Origin: Octopus vulgaris
Taxonomy: Eukaryota
Direction of reading: 5' to 3'
DNA: 64,000 nucleotides
NCBI GenBank assembly: GCA_951406725.2
Contig: OX597814.1
Coordinates: 190,588,001 to 190,652,000 of the forward strand
Positions within the stretch are counted from its first letter, which is position 1, and every line of letters starts with the position of its first letter. Below, in pieces: positions 9,099 through 21,739 of the stretch. The notes below the pieces were generated by a model that saw only the letters and a program-made list of their open reading frames with translations, was not told the DNA's origin and did not search any database. Position numbers and translations under genes: made by a program.

Positions 9099-12000
9099 GC
9101 CACAATGAAGATATGTGACTGATCTACAAGGAGATAAAAGTTTAAGGAAGAGTTGAGGCTGAAAAAGAATTTTTAAATATTATGAATAAGAAATAAAACA
9201 AAACAGTAAATTCTTTTCTTTTCTTAGTGAACAAGAAACGAATGGTGAATTGAATTACAATACATAAATTAATTTAACGATTAATCTGAAACCGGTCAAC
9301 GACATTTGTATATTTTTAGCTAAGTATAGACACAAATAGAAGGTTTATTATACATGTATTCAGTTTGAAAGATACTAATGCCTGAGTAATTAACATCATA
9401 ATCAAAAGCAGACTTTCTTTATATGTGACTGATCTACAAGCTTTAAAGAATCCGACAACAGTTTCTTAAACCTCTTAATAGTAATTCTTCTAGTAAAAAA
9501 AGCAGGAAGACACTTGTGATGTTCACAGCATAGGAATTATGATAATACTCATAAGAAAGAACACAAGTGTTCAGGTATTTCCTGCTGAGCAAGGATAAGC
9601 TTCCAGCAAGAAAATATGCAATGTGGTTTCAATTTTTGGTGGTGCATATTATATTTCATGCATGTGCCGGAATGAACAGGAGCAGGTATGGATAGGTGCT
9701 GGCATGACTGTGTGGTTAAAATGTTTCCCTCCCAACCACATGGTTCTGAGTTCAGTCCCACTGTGTGGCACCTTGGGTAGGTGTTTTCTACTACAGCTCT
9801 GGACCAACCAAAGCTTTGTGAATGGATTTGCTAGATGGAAAGTGAAAGAAGCCCTTTGTATCATCATTAAATGAATTATTTTTTTTAATTAATTTTTTAA
9901 AATTAATTAATGAAATTACTGTATACAGTGCTCAGGTGCACCACAACTTGTCAAAAGTGCATATAAAGCATATGCAGTAATGTACAAATGTCTGGAAAGT
10001 GAGCAGTATATGAGTCAGATACATGCTTACATGTGTATGGAGGGGAGAAAATCAGGTGTAGTGTTGGCGAATCTCAGGAAGCATGGAAGTTTTGAAGGAT
10101 GCAGTGCTAACATCCACTTCACCATGCTTGCAGACGGAATTTGCTGAGTTGGATTTACCAGAGTCAGAAACCCTTCTTGTCACCAAAATTTACCTGTTTC
10201 CAAGGAAGGTTATATTTTCCCCTGACCAGAAATTTTTCCCTTGAAGACTGGAAATGAACAACCTCACTTATATGACGATGATGCTTATTTACAACCATCA
10301 CATAATGTCTAAACAAGGGTGTACATACACACACACACCACACATGCAAAAAGCACCATTTGAGCATGATCATTACCAGCGTCGCCTTACTGGCACTTGT
10401 GCCGGTGGCACATGAAAAAACATTCAAGCGAGGTCATTGCCAATGCTGCTGAACTGGACCTGTGCAGGTGACACGTAAAAAACACCATTTGAGCATGGCC
10501 GTTTCCAGTACCGCCTGACTGGCCTTCATGCCGGTGGCATGTAAAAGCACCCACTACACTCTCAGAGTGGTTGGCATTAGGAAGGGCATCCAGCAGTAGA
10601 ACCTCTGCCAGATCAGATTGGAGCCTGGTGCAGCCATCTGGTTCGCCAGTCCTCAGTCAAATTGTCCAACCCATGCTAGCATGGAAAGCGGATGTTAAAC
10701 GATGATGATGACGATGATGATATACACATATAAATACATACGTATGATGGGCTTCTTTCAATTTCCAACAACCAAATCCACCCACAAGGTTTTGGTCAAC
10801 CCAAGACTGTAGTAGAAGGTACTTGTCCAAGGACCAAACTCAAGACCTCATGGTTGGTAAACAAGGTTCTCAATCACACAGCCATGGTTACACCTATGAC
10901 TTTCGGAAACATTTTTTCACGCTCAGAGTTGCTGAAGCATGGAATAAACTGCCTGCGTCAGTTGTTGACTGACATGACACTGCATCCTTTAAGGCCCTCA
11001 TGCTTTCCGAAATCCGCCGAAACTACACCTGATTATATATACACTTTAGATGAGTTGTAGTGCACCTGAGCACTGTACACAATGTTTTATTATTATTATT
11101 ATCATTATATATATATATATATATTTAAACATAATAAATAACAATAGGGTAATAAGAAAAATTAATGAAATTATTATAAATGTCTTCCCCTTTTCAAGGA
11201 CCTTTTGTTAATCCCTACTCTTTGTTCATATGTATATGACAACACTCCATCTACTCCTTTAACCTTTTAGTTACCATATTTCTGTTGAAATCATTGCCTT
11301 TGTTTTAATTAATTTCAAATGTAACGAAGAATTTAGTAAAATAACACAAGCTGATGTTTGGAACAAAGATAAATGTGAAATTTTGGTGAAAGGTATATCA
11401 TGACAGAAGCGGCGAGCTGGCAGAATCGTTAGCACGCCGGGCGAAATGCGTAGCCGTATTTCATCTGCCTCTATGTTCTGAGTTCAAATTCCGCCGAGGT
11501 CGACTTGCCTTTCATCTTTTCGGGGTCGATAAATTAAGCACCAGTTACGCACTGGGGTCAATGTAATCGACTTAATCCCTTTGTTTGTCCTTGTTTGTCT
11601 CCTCTGTGTTTAGCCCCTTGTGGGTAGTAAAGAAATAGGTATTTTGTCAGCTGTTACTTTCTGAGTTCAATTTCCGCCGATGCCGACTTATCTTTTCATC
11701 CCTTCGGGGTCGATGTAATCGACTTAATCCCTTTGTCTGTCCTTGTTTGTCTCCTCTGTGTTTAGCCCCTTGTGGGTAGTAAAAAAATAGGTTTATCTTG
11801 ACAGCACCCACAAGACTCCTTCAAAGAGTCGAGGACCCAAGGAAAAGCAACACATACAACACATTCTCAGTTTAACACCACTGCATGGTCCTTGGGGGTG
11901 TATGCTGTTGGCAGAATTCATTGAATCTGTTACAAGCATTTGGACCATGTTTCCAGTTTGAAAACACGTTCTCCCTTCTTACCCACCAATCTAAAAGACC

Positions 12001-15000
12001 CTTTAATCGGTTGCGAGCTCTGTCCTTCCTTCCTCACAAAGTGATAAAATAAGAACAAAAAACAAACCAACATCCCAACAAGTTGAACTATATCTATCAG
12101 ACATTGACATACTATCCTAGGTCTTAAACCACCATAAATGCAATAAAACAGGCCAGTGTTAGCTATGGATTAAGATTAAACTGATATCTGCTCATTCATA
12201 TCAAGGCTACACACAGTTTGCCTCATCTTAACTCAAGGTCAACTTTTAAACTGGCCTTGCTGAAGGAGTCTGCAGCCCAGTCCAGAAAGATAGGAACTTA
12301 TAATAAACTATGAGGAATTTAGTCCACAACTTCATCATTTTACCATTTCTAATAATTGAATATCTTGTTTTTTTTTGTTTTATCTAGGTGTGGTGGGGAT
12401 GGCAAGTGAACATATATACATGTATATGAGTGTATAAATATACATACATTCACAGACAGATAGAAGTGCATGTGAATATACTTTCATTTATGTGTACTCA
12501 TGTAAATGTACATGTGTGTATATATGTGCATATGTGTGAATAATGTGCATGTATATGTATATAAATATATATACATATACACTCACATTCAAGTATCTGT
12601 GCATGTGTGTGTGTTGGCAAACACAGAAACCTATGTATATAACCTACGTAGATGTCTGCCTTAATCTATATTCAAAGCTAAGGAAATTAAATTGTTAATC
12701 TGCTTGGTGCCTAATAAGCCACAACAGCAGTTGGATGAAGAAGCATCAGCAATAAACTTTAATCCTTCAATCAGTGAACAGGATCAACGAGAAATGAGAT
12801 AATCCCTAACATTGAAACTGATCTACATTTTAATGCGGGGGGGAGGGGGGCAATAATACAGGGAAAAGACTGGGGAAGTGGAAGGTTTGGGGTGAGTAAT
12901 GGAGAGAGGATGGAGAATAGGGGACAGTAAATGGAAGGATTGAGAGTTAAAGGGTGATGAAAATTAGTGAGTAGAACACTGTTGGGGATGAGGTGTCTGA
13001 GGGATAAGGGTAAGGAAAAGGAATGAGGTAGTATGAGAGAGAGAGGGGAGAGATTGTATGTGTGTGTGTATCTGCATGCATGCACGTGTGTGTGCCAGTG
13101 TGTGTTACTGAGCCCTTGACTGTGTATGATAGTTGTAAACAAATTTTTTTTCTACCCACAAGGGGCTAAACATAGAGGGGACAAACAAGGACAGACAAAC
13201 GGATTAAGTCGATTATATCGACCCCAGTGCGTAACTGGTACTTAATTTATCGACCCCGAAAGGATGAAAGGCAAAGTCAACCTCGGCAGAATTTGAACTC
13301 AGAACATAGTGACAGACGAAATACTGCTAAGCATTTCACCCGGCATGCTAACGTTTCTGCCAGCTCGCCACCTTATGATAGTTGTAAACGAGTGTCACCA
13401 TCACACAAGCAGTCTCCTTCATTTCCAATCTTTTGTAAAAGCATGTTTGGCCATTGAGAAGTATTACTAGGAAACAGGTGAGTGTGGATGACAGGAAGAG
13501 CATCCAGCCACAGGAAAATCCATCTTAACAAACTCGAGCTCATCCATACAAGCATAAGAAAATGGACATTAAAATGATGATGATAATTAATAAGCTTCAA
13601 CAGGTGGTGGGGAGGGTTCCAAAAGGGGTCCCAGGGAGTAGCATTCCAGCCTTCCTGAGCTAGTTTTCCACCACATTTCTTAAAAATCATGGTAGAGGCT
13701 TTGATCTCAGGACCGCTCATGTCTAGAAACTGAGGTTGGGAGTAAGCAAGAGCATGCTCCTCGTAGAAAATCCAGCTCCAAAAAGGCCTCATGATAACAA
13801 GGGAGAATGGGCAACAACTAGCCTAAAGGTTGAGGTGGGTTGCAGCTGCCTAGCTCAGTTGCTATGGAATTGAGGTAGATCTGGCCACCCCCATTAATAG
13901 GGACAAAACCCAGACTTAAAACACTAGATGATGTTGATGATGAACAACATGCAAGGATAGATTGGATAAATCTGAAGTACTTAACATCCCTTGGTGCAAA
14001 TATAATATTCCAAATATCATGGAGAATACATTAGCTATTACTGAGAACAATGATGACAGCAATAACAACAACAACAATTTCTTTTACCTGGCACTGGAGC
14101 AACAGATAAGTGGGTGGATGGGGGTTTCAATAAACTTTATGGAAAACAGCAGAAGAGGAGACAACACCATCGCAGTAAAACAATAAAGAAGGATATTATT
14201 TTATTACTTATTGTGAAGACCCGACAAATGAAGTATGCTGTGACTGCGAAGACCCAACAAATAAAGTGAGTTCATGTCTCGCAGGACGGCCTTCTGTGCT
14301 AACCTTGGATCGTAGGGTGACCTGCTGTGCTTGAGGAGACCTATTGAGTCAAGTCCATCAACATCAAAATAAAAATCAAATGGATATTGTAGTTGTGATA
14401 CCCGTGCCGGTGGCACATAAAAGGCACCATCCGAACGTAGCTGATGCCAGCACCGCCTGACTGGTGATCGTGTCGGGGGCATGTAAAAAAGCACCAGCCA
14501 CTCATGGCCGTTTGCCAGCCTCCTCTGGCCCCTGTGCCAGCGGCACATAAAAAGCACCCACTACACTCACAGAGTGGTTGGTGTTAAGAAGGGTATCCAG
14601 CTGTAGAAACACTGCCAGATCAGACTGGAGTCTGGCACAGCCTCCTGGCTTTCCAGACCTGATCGAACCATCCAACTCATGCTAGCATGGAAAACGGACG
14701 TTAAACGATGATGATGATGTATTATAAAAAGATTCCAACCTGGGCCAAAGCCCACCCGCCACACTTCTTGATCTATCATCACTGCCTCAAGATCCTGGAT
14801 ACATTCCTGCCAATGTCTGCAATGAAGTTGTCAACATAAGTGTAACAACATTTTCCTCTTTTTACATCACAATGAAATAGGTTCTTCTGTCATATGTTGC
14901 TGCCATTTGCAGCATCCTTGTATAGCATGGATGTCAAAAACGTCTGCAAGTGTTGTAGGGAGATTGCAGCTGGTTGTACTGAAATTCACGATGAAGAAAG

Positions 15001-17007
15001 AAGCAGGTGACCATCAATTTCCGATGAGACAGTCGCAAAGATTGAGCAAATCCTGCATAAAAATCAGTGGATCACTTGGATATCTCCACATTTTGGTTCC
15101 TTGAGATTTCCCAAAGCACCATTCATAGGGTTTTGAGTGAAAAGTTACAATATTAGAAGGTGTGTGCAAGATGGGTCCCACAAATGCTCATAGAAGGCCA
15201 TAAGCAGCAAACCCACCTTATAGTCCAGACTTGGCACCCAGTGACTACATGTTCCCTAAGTTGAAAGAACATTTGACTGGAATGTGCTTCAGCAATGACA
15301 ACGGGGTGAAAGATGAGGTTCAACGCTTCCTCAATGACATGGCAATGAGCTGGTATGACATGGGCATACAAAAACTTCCCCAGCGCCTACAAAAATGCAT
15401 CGACTGAAATGGTGATCATATAGAAAAATAGATTAAGGCGGCAAGCTGGCAGAAACGTTAGCACGCTGGGCAAAATGCGTAGCCGTTATGTTCTGAGTTC
15501 AAATTTCGAAGAGGTCGACTTTGCCTTTCATCCTTTCGGGGTTGATTAAATAAGTACCAGTTACAGACTGGGGTCGATGTAATTGACTTAATCCGTTTGT
15601 CTGTCCTTGTTTGTCCCCTCTGTGTTTAGCACCTTGTGGGTAGTAAAGAAATAGGTATTTCATCTGCTGTTACATTCTGAGTTCAAATTCCACCAAGGTC
15701 GACTTTGCCTTTCATCTTTTCAGGGTCGATAAATTAAGTACCAGTTACACACTGGGGTCGATGTAATTGACTTAATCCTTTGTCTGTCCTTGTTTGTCCC
15801 CTCTATGTTTATCCCCTTGTGGGCAATAAAGAAATAAGAAAAATAGATAAATGTTCAAACTTTAAAATGATGTAAACATCATTGATAATAAAGGTTTCTG
15901 TGATTTCTAAATATTTTTGGAGACCCTACTTTTGAGATTACCCTCATACAATATGGATGATAAACTTCATCCTTCGTTCAGTTTAATACCAAGCTTAGCC
16001 TGTGAGTGTCTCTTGCTAAGTCCACTTTGTTGCAAGTACTGAAGCCAGACGTCCAGTCTGGGAATGAATTCTTCCTTTCATTCCACTAGGAGCAGGTATG
16101 GTTGTGTGGTAAAAAGCTTGCTTTGCAACCAGGTGGTATTAGGTTGAGTCCCACCATTTGGCACCTTGAGCAAGTATCTTCTATTATAACCCTAGGCCAA
16201 CCATTGCCTTGTGAGTGAAATTGGTAGACAGAAACTGTGAGGTAGCGAGCTGGCAGAAATGTTAGCACGCCGGGTGAAATGCTTAGCGGTATTTTGTCTG
16301 CCACTACATTCTGAGTTCAAATTCCACCAAGGTCGACTTTGCCTTTCATCCTTTCGGGGTCAATTAAATAAGTACCAGTTATGCACTGCGGTCGATGTAA
16401 TCGACTTAATCCCTTTGTCTGTCCTTGTTCGTCCCCTCTGTGTGTAGCCCCTTGTGGGCAATAAAGAAATAAGAAACTGTGAGGAAGCCCATATACGTGT
16501 GTGTGTGTGTATATGAGTGAATATGTGAGTTTTGTGTTTGTGCTGTATTTGTCCCACCAGCACCATCACTTGACAACTGGTGTTGGTTTGTTTAGATCCC
16601 TTAACAGTTCGGTAAAAGGGGCCAACAGAATAAGTACCAGGCTTAAAAATAAGTAGTGGGGTCAGTTTGCCCGAGTAAAACTCATCAAGGCAGTGCCCCA
16701 GCATGGTTGCAGTCCAATGACTGAAACAATGACTTGGCTGTACAGCCATACTTGCACCTATAGCTATTTTGGTGTGTGTTTTTAAACTATATATCCATTA
16801 CTCTTTTACTTGTTTCAGTCATTTGACTGTGGCCATGCTGGAGCACCGCCTTTAGCCGAGCAAATCGACCCCAGGACTTATTCTATGTAAGCCTAGTACT
16901 TAATCTATCAGTCTCTTTTGTCGAACCACTAAGTTACGGGGACGTAAACACACCAGCATCGGTTGTCAAGCGATGTTGGGGGAGACAAACACAGACACAT
17001 AAACACG

Positions 17008-17061
<54 letters not shown>

Positions 17062-20000
17062 CGATGGGCTTCTTTCAGTTTCCATCTGCCAAATCCACTC
17101 ACAAGGCTTTGGTTGGCCCAAGGCTACAGTAGAAGACACTTTGCCCAAGGTGCCACGCAGTGGGACTGAACCCAGAACCATGTGGTTGGTAAACAAGCTA
17201 CTTACCACACAGCCACTCCTACGCCATTCTAGTGTAATCTTTTCTTTTCTGAGTACCAATTAATGTCTTTAATCATCAGTTGTTTTCTTGATCTATTTAT
17301 AAAAGGTAAAGGGCACCCCCACCCTGCCTCCCGGTCATGAATGACCATGGGATTGCACCAAGAAAGTTCCCCTCCAAGGCACAAGTCCGGGCAAGGTCGT
17401 TTATAGAAGACCAGCACTCACCCATGCATATCAGCCTTCTCCTCCATGCCATTTCTTGTTTTAAGATAATCTAAAATAAAACTTATTATATTTCGTTTTT
17501 GGATTTAGTTTGCAAGATTCTTTATATGAGTTCGTGTGTTGAAGCATATTCTGTTGTGTCTGGGGAGAGTCATTTTCTTTTTGTGCCTTATAATGTAACA
17601 CACTCACCGGTAAAATTTCCATTTATTTTTATTTTCCTAAAATTTTCATTGTGTCTTGCAACCTTTTGAAGACTATTGAAAAGGTTGCAAGATGCAATGA
17701 AAATGACTCTCCCCCGACACAACTTAAATAAAACCTTCCTTCAAAACTGCATGTTGATTTATATTCCAAACGCTAGCTTGATAAAACCACAGCTTTTTTA
17801 GTAAATTATTCATTAATTTCAAAATTAAGTGAAGCAATGGCAGTGTATTTCAACAGAAATATAGTAGTAACAAAGGGGTTAAGGAAGTTCTGGTGCTACA
17901 TAAAAATCACCCAGGGCCGAACGTGGCCGATGCCAATGCCGTCTTGACTGGCTTCTGTGCCGGTGGCACGTTAAAAGCACCAGCTGATCATGGCAGTTGC
18001 CAGCCTCACCTGGCACCTGTGCCGGTAGCACGTAAAAAGCACCCACTACACTCTCGGAGTGGTTGGCGTTAGGAAGGGCATCCAGCTGTAGCAACACTGC
18101 CAGATCAGACTGGAGCCTAGTGCAGCCTCCTGGCTTCCCAGACCCCGGTCGAACCGTCCAACCCATGCTAGTATGGAAAGCGGATGTTTAACGATGATGA
18201 TGATGATGATTCATTAATTTCAAAATTAAGTGAAGCAATGGCAATGTATTTCAATAGAAATATAGTAACAAAGGGGTTAAGGAAGTTCTGGTCCCACATA
18301 AAAACCGCTAAGAACACTCTGTAAAATGGCTGGTATTAGGAAGAACATCCGGCCATAGAAACCTTGCCAAGTCAGACTGGAACCTGGTGCAGCTCCCATG
18401 CTTTCCAGCTCAAGTCAAACCATCGAACCCACACCAGCATGGAAAACGGATGTTAGATGATGATGGTGATGATAAAATTTAAGAGAATCATATGAATACA
18501 GACCTTCATTAAAGGAATGAAGAGTAACAAAAAATTTTAACAAAAAAAGTCATTTTCTATATAAACAGACTTACCTTAAACCTTCAAATCCTTTGACGCA
18601 GTCACAAGTAAATGAGTTTATGGAATCGTTACAGGAAGCACCATTCATACAGGGTTGACTCTCACACTCATCGATGTCTTTCTCACAGAATTCCCCAGCG
18701 TAACCAGCTACACAGTCACATTTGTATTTATTCCAAATGTCCTTGCAAGTGGCTTGATTCTTACACTTATTGTTGAGGCAAACATCTGCACTCAGACATC
18801 CCAATTGTATATTTCTTTCCCGCAACAGTCGATACTGCTGTGAACGGCTGCTATTGCTTGTGCCAGGCAACAGTGGAAGATGTTTACCATTGACACTCAG
18901 GTTTTTCATGCAACCAACAAACATTTCACCGACAGTAAAGTTATTTCTTGTGAAGAAAGTTGTATAGTTTATGCTAACGTTCGAAATACTGACAACTTTT
19001 ACTCCGTCTATTGTAATCCAGGTGTTATTCTCATTCCATGCAAGCACAAGAAAATGCCAAGCACCATCAGTAACATTTTCAGAAGCATCGCCACTGATGT
19101 TTCCAGCATCTATCTTCAGAATATTATTATGCAAATACACAGAAAAATTTGAATCTGTAGTTGTATCAATTGCAGAAAACAAGTAGCCTTGCTCTTCCCT
19201 TGTTCGGAAATGAACACTGAAATTCTGAGGGTCAGTTATATAAGGGGTTGGTTCATAGAGTACACTTGATGTTTTGTTAAATGTTGCTGTTACATAACCT
19301 AAAATGACAAAAACAAACAAGCAGCATTGAGTAATTGTAAAGATTTATTTAATATTTTATTCATTTAAAACAATCATGGAAATGATAATTGTTCGTCATT
19401 CTATAAAAGTAACTTCTATGATAATAAACACAAAATTCTGTCTGAGATCCCTGTATCTCAGCCAGCATTTGTTCTACACAGACATATAATACCTTTTTGG
19501 AATCAGGGTGATCCTGGGATAGAAAATCTGCCTTTTGCTTGGTTCTTGATCATCCACCATTGGGATCTGATTTAAAAGCATTTCGGTTGCTATTTCTAGC
19601 AGGTAAAGCTTGGCTGATTCACACCATCTTGGTTGGCGTTTGTCAGATGGCATCAGAGATCAAGAGTGAGATAAATGACATTTGCTTCACTAATTTTATG
19701 TCAAGATAAGAACTCTGGGACAAAATGGCCAACAGTTGGAATTCAAGGTGGGACTGGAACAATAGAATGATTGCCTTACAGAATTAATTCTCATCCATCT
19801 TTAACCTCTGATCAAACACCACCGGGGCATATAGTCATTATAGACATATTATAGCCATGCTATTTAGCTCTCTTTAGTTTTGGGTTGTAGGTCCAATTAG
19901 CCCTCTGCAAGAGCTAGCTTCAAAGTCTGCATGAAGTGAAGCTTTTAAGCTAGTATCTAATAAATAAGTCTTGGAGTCACCTAACTCTTTTGGTACTAAC

Positions 20001-21708
20001 TTACCCAAGATTACTACAGATTCTATGATACAAAATTTCATTTTAAGAAGTGATCTAAAAAAATCATCCATCGAAATTTCAAGTTAATTTATAATTAAAA
20101 AAAAAACAGATAATGACGAAATTATTTTCCTAAATTCTTCATTATTTTCAAAATTAATTTAAATAAAATTAGTGTATTTCAACAGAAAATTGTGACAAAG
20201 GGTTAAGCTAACTAAAAATAATATTAGTCAATAATCAATAATATTTTAATTTTCATCAACAAGTACAGGTGACAACTGTCAACATATTTCACTCTTGTTC
20301 TGACCACATTAGCAAAATACTGCCTTTACTATACTTGCTGGAATAATGGCAGAAGAATCGCTAAATAATTATACAAGATTGTATTGACCGAAGCCAGCAC
20401 CGCCTTGACTGGCTTCTGTGCCAGTGGCACATGACCTGCTGTGCTTGAGGAGACCTATTGAGTCAAGTACATCAACATAAATATCAAATGGAAATTGTAG
20501 TTGTGATACCTGTGCCGGTGGCACGTAAAAAGCACCATCCGAATGTGGCCGATGTCAGTGACACCTTGATTGGCTTCTGTGCCGGTGACACGTAAAAAGC
20601 ACCAACCTATCATGGCGGCTGCCAGCCTCCCCTGGCCCCTGTGCCGGTAGCATGTAAAAAGCACCCACTACATTCACAGAGTGGTTGGCGTTAGGAAGGG
20701 CATCCAGCTGTAGAAACACCACCAGATCAGACTGGAGCCTGGTGCAGCCTCCTGGCTTCCCAGACCCCGGTCGAACCATCCAACCCGTGCTAGCATAGAA
20801 AACAGACGTTAAACAATGATGATAATGTACATTGATTGGTTTAGGAAAATATAATTGTTCAGACAATAAATAATTCAAAGATGCCATCATCCACACGAAA
20901 AATGTTTAGTTAAGTGTTAACATATCTAACATAGAGTATTAACCAAGCAAAGAAAAATCTTGTACATTTATTTAGTATTCAATTCATTATTACTTTGGCA
21001 AGCACAGGGAAGACTAAGCTATACTGGTGAGGTCAGTATAATACTGAAACATGTCCAGCATTATGATAATGACACCTGCTTCTCATCCAGAAAAATGAGT
21101 AAATATTGCAGGATTAGTGCATGCCTGACATTCCAAGAGCCTGTCCTACAAATATTAGTATTAGCAGCAGATGAACTTTCTGATGGAAAGAACAGTCTCC
21201 TCCTCATGAAAGAAACAAAATAACAGCTTCAGAATCTGACTACCCGTCTGATAAAGGTACACTTGGCACATGCATCACAACCATATGTACATGACATGGT
21301 GATCTCATATCAAGATAAACAGCACATGACTTTGCAGCTGAATTTTCTTCTGGTCGAGTAGCCCATCCTGCTCAAAAGGTCCCTGAATAAGGATTGTTTA
21401 AGGATGTTGAATGAATCACCCGTGTTTCCAAATGTGAATTATCCAAACCTCTAAGAATTCCTTTCAACACATGGCTATGATGCTCCCCAACTACTTCTGC
21501 TTGTGATCAGAGATGTACATATCGTCAGCCACTAAGGGACATGGTCAACTGGTTATGGTCAAACAACTGACAAGCAAATCTTTGGTATTGAGCAGAATAT
21601 TTGCTGTAGCCGATCTTTTATACCAAGACAAAACAATGTACATGATAACATTTCCAATCAGTTAAGATCAGAAGCCATGAGAACCACTGCCTAGTACTGC
21701 ATCAGGAC

Positions 21709-21739
<31 letters not shown>

